From the IMG/VR virus record IMGVR_UViG_3300021425_003554: a stretch of 64,000 nt of DNA. One strand, written 5' to 3'. How positions within the stretch are numbered: the first letter of the stretch is position 1; each line of letters opens with the position of its first letter. The DNA is from a virus (Duplodnaviria; Caudoviricetes). Position numbers and translations under genes: made by a program. Shown here piece by piece: positions 20,277 through 28,637 of the stretch. Below the pieces are notes generated by a model, which saw only the letters and a program-made list of their open reading frames with translations, was not told the origin of the DNA and made no database searches.

Positions 20277-21101
20277 TTAGGCAAGTGTGTGTCTGGCATT
20301 CAAACGCCAGAGTAATCGTTCGTGTTTTGGGTCTAGGCTATCTACTGTTCCTCTAGCCGAATGTAGTAAAGAAATATTATCCCACATTAAAAAATCTTTT
20401 TCTTCCCAATGGTGCTCATAAACATAATTTTCGTTTATTGCGTGTTCTTGTAACGTCTTCATGAGTGCATCACTTTTGTCTTGTTCCATTCCCAATATTT
20501 TTCTAATATGACCAAACACAGAAAATAAACAATTTTCACCTGTCGTCCAGTGTGGCATAACCAGTGGATGATATACAGGTTCTCCCCCACCAATTCCTTT
20601 TAGTTCATCCGGATTGGGTACAGCCGCTAGATGATAGTCAGTAGCGTGTTCGTGTACACAAACTTTTCCTGTAATTTTCTTTTTTAAATCTAGGGGAAGA
20701 TCTCTATACACAGCCGATTGATCAGAGAACACAGTTGTTCCACCTTCCTGAGCCACTTTTAATGAATATAAAAAACTATGCGTAGGAGGATTTTGTAAAA
20801 ATGATTGATCGATATGCCAAATCTCTGGACTCAATTGTCCTTTGGTTTTGTCATTTGTGAGCACATATATTTCTGGATGACTCTGCAATGCATTGGTTCT
20901 CCATTTTGCATGTCTGACTGGCTCACCCACTTTTTTTATAATCGATACCAGTTGATCTGCTGAAAGATCAATGTTCTTAAAAATAAGTAATTTATACTGA
21001 TCTTGCAGTTGAACTATCTCGTCAAAGTTCTCGATCATCTCATCATATGATGTTTTAATTTTTACACCGTAACTACTGTTTTCTAAATTTTCAATTTCCA
21101 T
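20277..21101 (-). CDS. TauD/TfdA Fe(II)/2OG dioxygenase
   Basis: WHIDQSF HxD, GGTTVFSD, HPLV, WDNISLLHSA, LWR. Confidence 0.9.
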   Translation of the reverse strand: MEIENLENSSYGVKIKTSYDEMIENFDEIVQLQDQYKLLIFKNIDLSADQLVSIIKKVGEPVRHAKWRTNALQSHPEIYVLTNDKTKGQLSPEIWHIDQSFLQNPPTHSFLYSLKVAQEGGTTVFSDQSAVYRDLPLDLKKKITGKVCVHEHATDYHLAAVPNPDELKGIGGGEPVYHPLVMPHWTTGENCLFSVFGHIRKILGMEQDKSDALMKTLQEHAINENYVYEHHWEEKDFLMWDNISLLHSARGTVDSLDPKHERLLWRLNARHTLA

Positions 21102-21152
21102 ACTCTTATTTAATTACAAAAATAAATGGCTATTAATTTTGTGACTAATTAA

Positions 21153-22157
21153 ATGTGCATCATGATAAATCAACGTTTATTTGACTGGTATAACATAGAT
21201 ACAAGCAAAGATCTTAAGTTTAACTCTTACTGTACTAGACCTTTTGATACTGTTTTAATTGATAAAAACGGTTCCTGTTATCTTTGCGAATGCCAGGCCT
21301 GGTTACCACAGAGTGTTGGTAATATACAAGTACAACCTTTGGAAAAAATTATTACTTCAAACACAGCAAAAATACTTCAGGAATCTATTGCGGACGGATC
21401 GTACCGTTACTGCAATAATCATCAATGCACATTTTTGTTAAAAGACAGAGACCTAGGATGGCCGGAAACAGTACCAAATGTGAAAATAAAAAATATTAGA
21501 TTGGCCATTGATGAAAGTTGTAATTTATTTTGTCCAAGTTGTAGGAACAAACAGATATTTTACAAATCCGGACCCGAACTCAAAAAAAGAATGTCTATAG
21601 CAGATAAGATTATAGATTATTTGAAAAAACAACAGACTAATACAAATGTACACATCGGTAGTGACGGCGATCCTTTCGCAAGTTTGGTCTATAGATATTT
21701 TATAAAAAACACCAAACACCTTGAGCATCTGAAATTTAGCCTTCAAACTAACGGACTGCTTGTTAAAAAAATGTATATAAAAAACAAAGAGATGTTTGAT
21801 AGATTGACTGTGCTAGGCATCAGCATCGATGGTGCCACTAAAAATACATACGAAAAACTTCGACTGGGAGGCAACTTTGAAAAAATTCTAGAGAACCTCG
21901 AATTTATCAAGCACATCAAAGACAAATTTATTTTTAATTTGCACATGGTCGTACAAAAAGACAACTGGCACGAAATGCCTTTGATGTTAGATATCGCTCA
22001 TAGATATGATGTTGATAAAGTTTATTTTAACAAAATACAAAACTGGAACACCGCTCTAAATTTTTCTGAACAACAATTTACAGACATGGAAGAGTTTAAA
22101 AAAATATATTCTAAAATAAAGAAAGATACCAAAAGCCGTTTGTGGGCATTGACCTAA
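21153..22157 (+). CDS. Radical SAM enzyme with N-terminal SPASM/twitch domain
   Basis: CTRPF..GSCYLC, CNLFCPSC, GDPF, QTNG, SIDG. Confidence 0.85.
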   Translation: MCIMINQRLFDWYNIDTSKDLKFNSYCTRPFDTVLIDKNGSCYLCECQAWLPQSVGNIQVQPLEKIITSNTAKILQESIADGSYRYCNNHQCTFLLKDRDLGWPETVPNVKIKNIRLAIDESCNLFCPSCRNKQIFYKSGPELKKRMSIADKIIDYLKKQQTNTNVHIGSDGDPFASLVYRYFIKNTKHLEHLKFSLQTNGLLVKKMYIKNKEMFDRLTVLGISIDGATKNTYEKLRLGGNFEKILENLEFIKHIKDKFIFNLHMVVQKDNWHEMPLMLDIAHRYDVDKVYFNKIQNWNTALNFSEQQFTDMEEFKKIYSKIKKDTKSRLWALT

Positions 22158-22159
22158 AA

Positions 22160-22873
22160 TTATTTTATTTTACTACTAAAACGATTATAGATATTCTCAG
22201 CAAATGTACGGTGATGTTTTGTGCCATAGTGTATTCCATCCCTGGCCAGATCTGGTTTTTCTTCAATGGTTCTCCTAGCATCGGCACCATGGTGATTGTC
22301 CCACACAGGCCAACAAGATCTCAATGAACTGTCGTTGAGGACATATCTAGTATCGGGTATCATGTAGATATCTTGAGCAAAACAATGAAACACAACAGCA
22401 TTATTATATTCGGCAAATTTCTCAACCTGAAACACACACTTTAAAAAATTGTTTTGATCTGTGACACTGGTTTCATATTTCAGGGAATTGTCATCGCTTG
22501 TTATAGAAATTGGATATATGTCTAAACGTTCTCTTCTGCTCCATGCTGGCCAACACACTATAATAATTTTAGGAAACAACACTTTTTCAGATGCATACAA
22601 CATCCTTACACACATATCGGGAGATGCTCCGGGTTGTGCCAGATTCCAAAATCTTAACCTTTTATTATTCAATAATTTTTCTAACTGTGAGATCCAAATT
22701 TCGGGTTGTTCCAGACCTTCGCCGAAAGTATGAGAACATCCTAGAACTGCTATATTTTTTCCTCCGTCCGGCAGAGGAGAAAATTCTGGACATCTAAAAC
22801 CGTGTGAATTTGTTTTGTAATCTTTGTGATTAAATGTCGGAAATTGATTATCTGAATAATGTCCGTATTTCAT
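22160..22873 (-). CDS. SGNH-hydrolase-like phage protein
   Basis: GCSHTFG block I, NLAQPGAS, DGIHYG (DxxH). Confidence 0.7.
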   Translation of the reverse strand: MKYGHYSDNQFPTFNHKDYKTNSHGFRCPEFSPLPDGGKNIAVLGCSHTFGEGLEQPEIWISQLEKLLNNKRLRFWNLAQPGASPDMCVRMLYASEKVLFPKIIIVCWPAWSRRERLDIYPISITSDDNSLKYETSVTDQNNFLKCVFQVEKFAEYNNAVVFHCFAQDIYMIPDTRYVLNDSSLRSCWPVWDNHHGADARRTIEEKPDLARDGIHYGTKHHRTFAENIYNRFSSKIK

Positions 22874-22888
22874 GTTTGTATTTAATGT

Positions 22889-22963
22889 TGGCGGTCCCTA
22901 GGGGAATCGAACCCCTCTTTCGAGGATGAAAACCACGTGTCCTAACCGATAGACGAAGGGACC
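22889..22963 (-). tRNA. tRNA-Glu(UUC)
   Basis: GGTCCCT/AGGGACC acceptor, TT-TTC-AT loop, GTTCGATT T-loop, encoded CCA; T.T mismatch in anticodon stem. Confidence 0.9.
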
Positions 22964-22966
22964 GTT

Positions 22967-23042
22967 TGGTGGAGGTAGAGGGATTCGAACCCACGACCCC
23001 TTGAATGCAAATCAAGTGCTCTCCCAACTGAGCTATACCCCC
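22967..23042 (-). tRNA. tRNA-Ala(UGC)
   Basis: Canonical cloverleaf, G3.U70 identity pair, TT-TGC-AT loop, CCA. Confidence 0.95.
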
Positions 23043-23051
23043 ACATCGATG

Positions 23052-23127
23052 TGGTGCCCCAAGTCCGATTCGAACAGACGACCTACTGATTACAAATCAG
23101 TTGCTCTACCAACTGAGCTATTGGGGC
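23052..23127 (-). tRNA. tRNA-Thr(UGU)
   Basis: GCCCCAA/TTGGGGC acceptor, ACTGA-TTTGTAA-TCAGT anticodon arm, CCA. Confidence 0.95.
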
Positions 23128-23723
23128 CAAATACCGTATTCAATTATTTCTGAAATACCTGTATATAGAAAGTATACAGCAAGTATGCTAAAAATCCAAC
23201 GACTAATTTTAAAAATATTTTTGATGGGTAATTTTGTTATTTGATTATAGATTATTTTTGATACAGTCACCAATATTACCAAACCAGCCAAAATACCCAA
23301 ATATACCATTTGAATGTCCTGACTATCGATGATTATGCCTGTAAGAAATATAACCACTTCGACCCCTTCTCGAAACATTATACCAAAAACAGCAAGTCCT
23401 AATAACAAAGAGTTTCCAAAAGGTAAGGCTTTAACGTGCTGGCTGGCACTATGGCAGAACCATGCCACCCAGGCTAGTACAACACCCGTAATGACCCCTA
23501 TAAACCCTTCAAATCGCTCTGTATTTGCGTGATTGCCTAATAACTGGGCAGTTGTAGTGCCCAAAGCAATAGTGGCCAAAATAGACCCTAAAACTGCCCA
23601 TATAATGACTTTTATATGTTTGGGATTGTTGTTGGCCGCTGTGATGGCCAGCACCGCTATCAGCCATGCTTCAAGTCCTTCTCTGGCTATTACAAACGTG
23701 GTTGCTAGTAGAGTGGTAATCAT
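23118..23723 (-). CDS. FTR1-family iron permease (compact)
   Basis: Two RExxE motifs (REGLE, REGVE) and about six hydrophobic helices. Confidence 0.85.
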   Translation of the reverse strand: MITTLLATTFVIAREGLEAWLIAVLAITAANNNPKHIKVIIWAVLGSILATIALGTTTAQLLGNHANTERFEGFIGVITGVVLAWVAWFCHSASQHVKALPFGNSLLLGLAVFGIMFREGVEVVIFLTGIIIDSQDIQMVYLGILAGLVILVTVSKIIYNQITKLPIKNIFKISRWIFSILAVYFLYTGISEIIEYGIWPQ

Positions 23724-23807
23724 AATTTTATTAGTTGCGAATAGTTATTATTTGCATTTACTTATATCACACTATACACTATCAAACAAATTCGGTCAAC
23801 GATCAAC

Positions 23808-23871
23808 TTGACTTTTTTTGTTTTGGGTTGTAATATAAACATAGGTGATATGTGCTATTTGCATATAAATA
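23808..23871 (+). promoter_or_regulatory. Tandem sigma70 promoter and T4-type late promoter
   Basis: TTGACT-N17-TAATAT (23808-23836) and TATAAATA (23864-23871). Confidence 0.65.
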
Positions 23872-23876
23872 CTGAA

Positions 23877-23925
23877 CCATCCACATGGACATAAAGTGGC
23901 TGATCCACATCAGTTAAAAGTGGCC
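23877..23925 (+). ncRNA. Tandem CCAC-loop hairpin/pseudoknot leader RNA
   Basis: CCAT-CCAC-ATGG-ACATAAA-GTGG then CTGAT-CCAC-ATCAG-TTAAAA-GTGG; stems covary, loops conserved. Confidence 0.55.
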
Positions 23926-23951
23926 AACTTAAAGAAAAAAGGAGGTTACTT

Positions 23952-24152
23952 ATGTACACCAAAGATAGACACACTTATATGATGTCCTCATATTACAAAA
24001 AAAAAGACATCGAGCACAAAGAGAATGCTATGAAAAGAGCAGTTCAATCCGTTGACACATACGGAAACGGAACAACTGGCTACATGATCAAGCATGGATC
24101 AAATGCTGGCAAAATATTAAAACACATCAAAGTAGATCCGTCCAACTTCTAA
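23952..24152 (+). CDS. Small basic hypothetical protein
   Basis: AAGGAGG RBS, downstream terminator. Confidence 0.75.
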   Translation: MYTKDRHTYMMSSYYKKKDIEHKENAMKRAVQSVDTYGNGTTGYMIKHGSNAGKILKHIKVDPSNF

Positions 24153-24170
24153 ATTATTTGTGTATGGTAA

Positions 24171-24200
24171 CAACCGGTGAGCAGATTTGTTCACCGGTTG
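24171..24200. terminator. Stable hairpin / terminator
   Basis: CAACCGGTGAGCA-GATT-TGTTCACCGGTTG. Confidence 0.7.
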
Positions 24201-24249
24201 AAATTGTATTGACATATCGATATCAATCTATTATAAATATGGCGTAATT

Positions 24250-24498
24250 ATGAAATTTTTAAAAATTCAAAAAATATTGATATTATTTTTATTCGCCATT
24301 CTTTTGACAAGTTGTGCGTCTAAAAACAAAGACGTAGCAAGTAACAAAGAGCCGAACATATATGACGGATCTATTGGATTGGTCCTAGGTTGTATGTTCA
24401 ACCCGGCTGAATGTAACAAATTCAAGCAACAGGTTGAACAAGACGAGATAACCAAAGATTTTGAAGAGGTTGACAAAGCAACAAGCTCATCAAAATAA
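24250..24498 (+). CDS. Small lipoprotein
   Basis: Signal peptide with lipobox LLTSC; TTGACA-N17-TATAAATA upstream. Confidence 0.7.
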   Translation: MKFLKIQKILILFLFAILLTSCASKNKDVASNKEPNIYDGSIGLVLGCMFNPAECNKFKQQVEQDEITKDFEEVDKATSSSK

Positions 24499-24503
24499 TA
24501 GTA

Positions 24504-24704
24504 TTACTTCTTTTTTTCTATCAATTTACAATCTTCGGTGTTGGCCGGCAAACCAGAATTTTTGTCATATATCCATACATATGAATACGTGACCTTATCT
24601 GTAGACGCCAAACATTTTTTACCAAAAGAAACTTTTGGTGAAGTCGGCATAGCCGTGCATGACACGAGCATTACCGCGGTTGCTATCATTATCAAATGTT
24701 TCAT
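24504..24704 (-). CDS. Small lipoprotein
   Basis: Signal peptide with lipobox LVSC, further Cys pair. Confidence 0.65.
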   Translation of the reverse strand: MKHLIMIATAVMLVSCTAMPTSPKVSFGKKCLASTDKVTYSYVWIYDKNSGLPANTEDCKLIEKKK

Positions 24705-24718
24705 GTAAATACTTTCCT

Positions 24719-24994
24719 ATGCGTTATTTTTTTGTTATTATTATAACTGCTATTATATATATGTCGATCGGACACACCGATCATAAAAAATTTGAATTAG
24801 AATTTGAGGAGTTTCTGGCACGAGAGGAACTCATGACTTTTCAAATGAACTTGTGGGAGTTATTACAACAACTGGAATACACACACGGGGAACAACGTTC
24901 GGTTGTGAAGGATGAAATAACTGTGATGCGAGAAAATATTAATAAACAAATTATCAAGATATTAGAATTAGATTTTAAACATCATAAAGATTAA
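24719..24994 (+). CDS. Membrane-anchored hypothetical protein
   Basis: N-terminal hydrophobic helix MRYFFVIIITAIIYM; start refined. Confidence 0.55.
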   Translation: MRYFFVIIITAIIYMSIGHTDHKKFELEFEEFLAREELMTFQMNLWELLQQLEYTHGEQRSVVKDEITVMRENINKQIIKILELDFKHHKD

Positions 24995-25632
24995 ATTTTT
25001 TCTTCAAATATCTTTTTCCATGGTTCTACATTCCAATCAACAAAGATACTGACAATAATTCTTTCTTCTTTGCTGTCATTAATGACCGAATGTATATACT
25101 CTCCGGAATTTATAATTTTTGGTTTAAGATCAGAAAAGTCTACTAATCCGTTTTTGTAAATTTTAAAATAACAACCACGTGGCCAATTCAACGGAAAATA
25201 TATTTTGTGTGCAACAAAATTTGAATCTTTGTGTGGATATATGAATCCACCCGGACTCATTTTACTCATAGTTATAAGTAGAACACCGCCTAATAATTTT
25301 ATGTTTTTTAAAAAATTATTCCATTCAGGATATGATTCTGTATTGAAACACACCTCTTCTTTTTCGTCATGCTTCTGCTGTACAATAGGAATACCTATGA
25401 TATTACTTTCTGATTTAGATTTGTATAATAGAATGCGATCAATTTTTTCTAAACTCTTTGTTTTTCCAGGCCCGATCCAATCAAAACTAGATGCTTCTTC
25501 ATAAAGTTTAGATAGATCATAATCAAACGGGAAGTTTAAATTTTTGAAACTATTCGATGGTCCAAAATTGTTATCATAACGGAATAAATCCCGAATGATC
25601 TTTGGATATTTGTCTGAAAGATGAATTGTCAT
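24991..25632 (-). CDS. Aspartyl/asparaginyl beta-hydroxylase-like Fe/2OG oxygenase
   Basis: MSPGGFIYPHKD and HSVINDSKEERI. Confidence 0.7.
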   Translation of the reverse strand: MTIHLSDKYPKIIRDLFRYDNNFGPSNSFKNLNFPFDYDLSKLYEEASSFDWIGPGKTKSLEKIDRILLYKSKSESNIIGIPIVQQKHDEKEEVCFNTESYPEWNNFLKNIKLLGGVLLITMSKMSPGGFIYPHKDSNFVAHKIYFPLNWPRGCYFKIYKNGLVDFSDLKPKIINSGEYIHSVINDSKEERIIVSIFVDWNVEPWKKIFEEKI

Positions 25633-25960
25633 TGTTTATCCAATCTATATACCATTTCCATATGGGTGTATAAAAATAAAATTTTACGAAAATAGAATCT
25701 GCATTTCCTCTATTTTTATTACTAGTGAATCCATGATGAATAAAATAACGAGTGTCTATACCATCAAGTTCCAAACGATTTACTACAACGTTACCTTTTA
25801 TAGTTATTGAATTAAATTTATGTTTGATTGCATGAACGTCAAATTTATTAACCTTAACATCTGATGTTATGTCTTCGAATAGTTTTTTTTCATTAAACAA
25901 TATACTGTATTTAGAATTTTGTTGTGCATCTATTTCTAGAACAACTGGAATACTATCCAT
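25574..25960 (-). CDS. Hypothetical protein
   Basis: 128-aa ORF between clpP and the oxygenase. Confidence 0.55.
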   Translation of the reverse strand: MDSIPVVLEIDAQQNSKYSILFNEKKLFEDITSDVKVNKFDVHAIKHKFNSITIKGNVVVNRLELDGIDTRYFIHHGFTSNKNRGNADSIFVKFYFYTPIWKWYIDWINNDNSSFRQISKDHSGFIPL

Positions 25961-25972
25961 AAATCAAAATTT

Positions 25973-26578
25973 TTAAATTGTTTCTGGACTTGGTCTCTTT
26001 GTTACTATTTCGTCGGCAAGTCCGTATTCTACTGATTGTTCGGGAGTCATAAAATTATCTCTTTCCATGTCCGCGGCCAACATTTCATAAGTTTTATTTT
26101 TGGTGTTGTGCTTAACATAGATTTCAGTAAGATACTTTTTCATTCTAGATATTTCATTGATGTGTATCTGTAGATCTGTGACTTGTCCTCTTGCTCCGCC
26201 TAATGGTTGATGTATCATGTGTCTTGCGTGTGGCAGAATAAAACGTTTACCGGCCGTGCCTGCTTGGGCTAACAATGATCCCATGGAACAGGCCTGTCCT
26301 AAAACCACAGTTCTTATATCACATCTGATGTATTGCATGGTATCATAAATTGCCATACCGGCTGTAACTGATCCTCCGGGAGAATTGATATACAGTGTAA
26401 TATCTTTGTCTGCTGATTGTGACTCTAGAAATAAAAGTTGTGCTGTTAGCACCGATGCTAGTCTTTCATCAACTACATCGTCCAGCATTATAATTCTATC
26501 TTTTAAAAGACGAGAAAAAATATCATAACTTCTTTCGCCTTTTGATGTTTGTTCAATAACAATTGGTGTAAGTGGCAT
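25973..26578 (-). CDS. clpP: ATP-dependent Clp protease proteolytic subunit
   Basis: [26 protein letters not shown] catalytic Ser, MIHQP, ERDNFM; TTGACA-N17-TACAAT promoter upstream. Confidence 0.97.
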   Translation of the reverse strand: MPLTPIVIEQTSKGERSYDIFSRLLKDRIIMLDDVVDERLASVLTAQLLFLESQSADKDITLYINSPGGSVTAGMAIYDTMQYIRCDIRTVVLGQACSMGSLLAQAGTAGKRFILPHARHMIHQPLGGARGQVTDLQIHINEISRMKKYLTEIYVKHNTKNKTYEMLAADMERDNFMTPEQSVEYGLADEIVTKRPSPETI

Positions 26579-26640
26579 AATACTCTAATTGTAACATTTT
26601 TTTTCTCACCTGTCAACACACAACTTAAATATAACTACTA

Positions 26641-27492
26641 ATGAAAACAATTATAACCTGTGCTGTAACTGGTGGTAAAACTGATCCAAACTCCACACCA
26701 TACTTGCCAATAACACCGGAACAAATTGCACAATCCTCGTTGGATGCCGCGGCGGCGGGTGCTTCCATAGTACACATACACGTTCGAAATCCAGATAACG
26801 GTAAACCGTCTATGGACAAAGATCTTTACCAAAAAACTGTTGACTTGATAAGAAACAAGAACGAAAATCTTATTATTAATCTCACAACAGGCCCGGGTGC
26901 TGTGTATAAGCCATTAACAAATGATAATTCTGGATTAATGGATGCTCAAACAAGAGTGGAACACATAGATAGTATACGTCCTGATATATGTAGTCTAGAC
27001 TTTAACACCATGATGCAAGATGACGACGGTGTTAGGATAAACTCTATTCCTGTCGTTGCTGAGATGCTTTTGAAAATACAGTCATATGGCACACTTCCGG
27101 AATTTGAAATTTTTGACAGCGGTGATCTCAGAATTGCAAAAAAACTCATTAGTGACGGACTTACGAGCAGACAACCCATATGGCAAATAGTGACGGGAGT
27201 CAAATACGGATGGGAGTCTTCCATCAACACAATTGATTATGCGTTAAAAATTTTACCGGAAGACTCAATTTGGTGTGCTCTGGGAGTAGGCAAGATGTCT
27301 TTGCCTATAGCAGAATATGTTCATCAAAAAGGTGGCCATGTTAGGGTTGGCATGGAAGATAACATCTACCTCGAAAAAAATGTGCTCGCGAAATCAAATG
27401 CAGAGCTAGTAGAACAATGCGTATCTTCGATAGAAAAAACAAATGGCTCTGTGGCTTCCGTCTCTGAAGCAAGAACAATATTAAAAATTTAG
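26641..27492 (+). CDS. Beta-keto acid cleavage enzyme (BKACE/DUF849)
   Basis: IITCAVTG, AGASIVHIHVR, PEFEIFD, GGHVRVGMED. Confidence 0.92.
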   Translation: MKTIITCAVTGGKTDPNSTPYLPITPEQIAQSSLDAAAAGASIVHIHVRNPDNGKPSMDKDLYQKTVDLIRNKNENLIINLTTGPGAVYKPLTNDNSGLMDAQTRVEHIDSIRPDICSLDFNTMMQDDDGVRINSIPVVAEMLLKIQSYGTLPEFEIFDSGDLRIAKKLISDGLTSRQPIWQIVTGVKYGWESSINTIDYALKILPEDSIWCALGVGKMSLPIAEYVHQKGGHVRVGMEDNIYLEKNVLAKSNAELVEQCVSSIEKTNGSVASVSEARTILKI

Positions 27493-27494
27493 TC

Positions 27495-27526
27495 AAAAAA
27501 AAAGGGCCGCCGAAGCGACCCTTTTT
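27495..27526. terminator. Bidirectional intrinsic terminator
   Basis: A-run, GGGCCGC-CGAA-GCGACCC, T-run between convergent genes. Confidence 0.85.
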
Positions 27527-27546
27527 AAAAGTTGATTTAAAACTAA

Positions 27547-28035
27547 CTAGGCTTTCTTGATTCTATCAAGTAATCCAGGTGAAAATGTTGGTTCGAACTT
27601 TTCGTACACCGTTTTAGTCTTTTCCTTGAACTCTGCTGTTTCTTCCGGGGTAAGCTCGTGAACGTTAACACCCTCTGATTTCAATCTAGCCTTGGCTTCT
27701 TCTCCATCAGCGATCGTTGTTTCACGTTCTTTTCTTCCGGCATCAATTGCGGCCGCTTTTAAAACAGCCTTGACTTCTGGAGATAATTTCTCATAGAAAT
27801 CATTACGCATGATCATGGTTGTTAAGAACAAACTGTGTTTCGTATCAATAACCGATTTGGTCACTTCGTTCTGGTCCAAAGGGTAAACTCTAGAGTAAAC
27901 TCCTTCTCCGCCTTCACATTTTCCTTCTTCGATTGCACCTTTTAGATCTTCTATTTCACAAACGTGTCTATCTGTGACACCTAGTGCTTTGAAGGTTTCT
28001 TGGGCAACCGGGTTTCTGTTAGTTCTAAGTTTCAT
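27547..28035 (-). CDS. TRAP DctP solute-binding protein, C-terminal half
   Basis: KLRT conserved Arg strand, HSLFLT..M, FYEKLSPEVKAVLKAAA. Confidence 0.8.
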   Translation of the reverse strand: MKLRTNRNPVAQETFKALGVTDRHVCEIEDLKGAIEEGKCEGGEGVYSRVYPLDQNEVTKSVIDTKHSLFLTTMIMRNDFYEKLSPEVKAVLKAAAIDAGRKERETTIADGEEAKARLKSEGVNVHELTPEETAEFKEKTKTVYEKFEPTFSPGLLDRIKKA

Positions 28036-28038
28036 TTA

Positions 28039-28509
28039 TTACGCAGTTAAGTCACCTAGTTTGCTAACTTTTTTGTTAGAAACTACGTTTCTGAAACCAC
28101 CTGAGTAAGTAAATGCCATACCTCTAACGTTAGATTTTTCAGTGATTTTATTTAATAATTCTTCACCTACTTCACCTTCTAACACTCTAGTTGCATGATC
28201 ATGATCTGCAAATATGAAAGGCATTTCTAATGCTAACATATCTTGTTCATAATGCTCTGCTAACCATGTAGTGTACATTTGAGACATTTCAATTTTACCT
28301 TGTTCCATCAAGTCTAATAAGTCGTGTTTAGTAACTAATACACCGTTGTTGTATTTGTCACTGTACTCTCTTAATGTCATGATTTCAACTTCGATTTTTT
28401 CTGCAGTCTGAGCTCTGTTCACGAAATCTTGGAAATCTTTAGCCGCTCTTACGAATAAAGATAAAGGCTCGTGTGCAATAACCCATCTGATTTTAGTTGT
28501 TTTTGTCAT
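28039..28509 (-). CDS. TRAP DctP solute-binding protein, N-terminal half (no signal peptide)
   Basis: LEMPFIFADHDHA..LEGEVG, YSGGFR, DL; ends TAA TAA in frame with next ATG. Confidence 0.8.
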   Translation of the reverse strand: MTKTTKIRWVIAHEPLSLFVRAAKDFQDFVNRAQTAEKIEVEIMTLREYSDKYNNGVLVTKHDLLDLMEQGKIEMSQMYTTWLAEHYEQDMLALEMPFIFADHDHATRVLEGEVGEELLNKITEKSNVRGMAFTYSGGFRNVVSNKKVSKLGDLTA

Positions 28510-28637
28510 TGTGTTTCTTCCTTTTTATTTAACGTTAAATCAAGGCTGTGTTTACATTCTTGACTTACTGATATTTACCAATTAAATCAATGATAATATG
28601 TGTTTTCTGGCTAGTTTTAAATAATATACGCATATAA

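Noticed and set aside
22889-23127. Prophage attachment site or bacterial chromosome context
   Set aside because: No integrase or duplicated tRNA 3' end; both sides carry phage-type genes and promoters; no housekeeping operons
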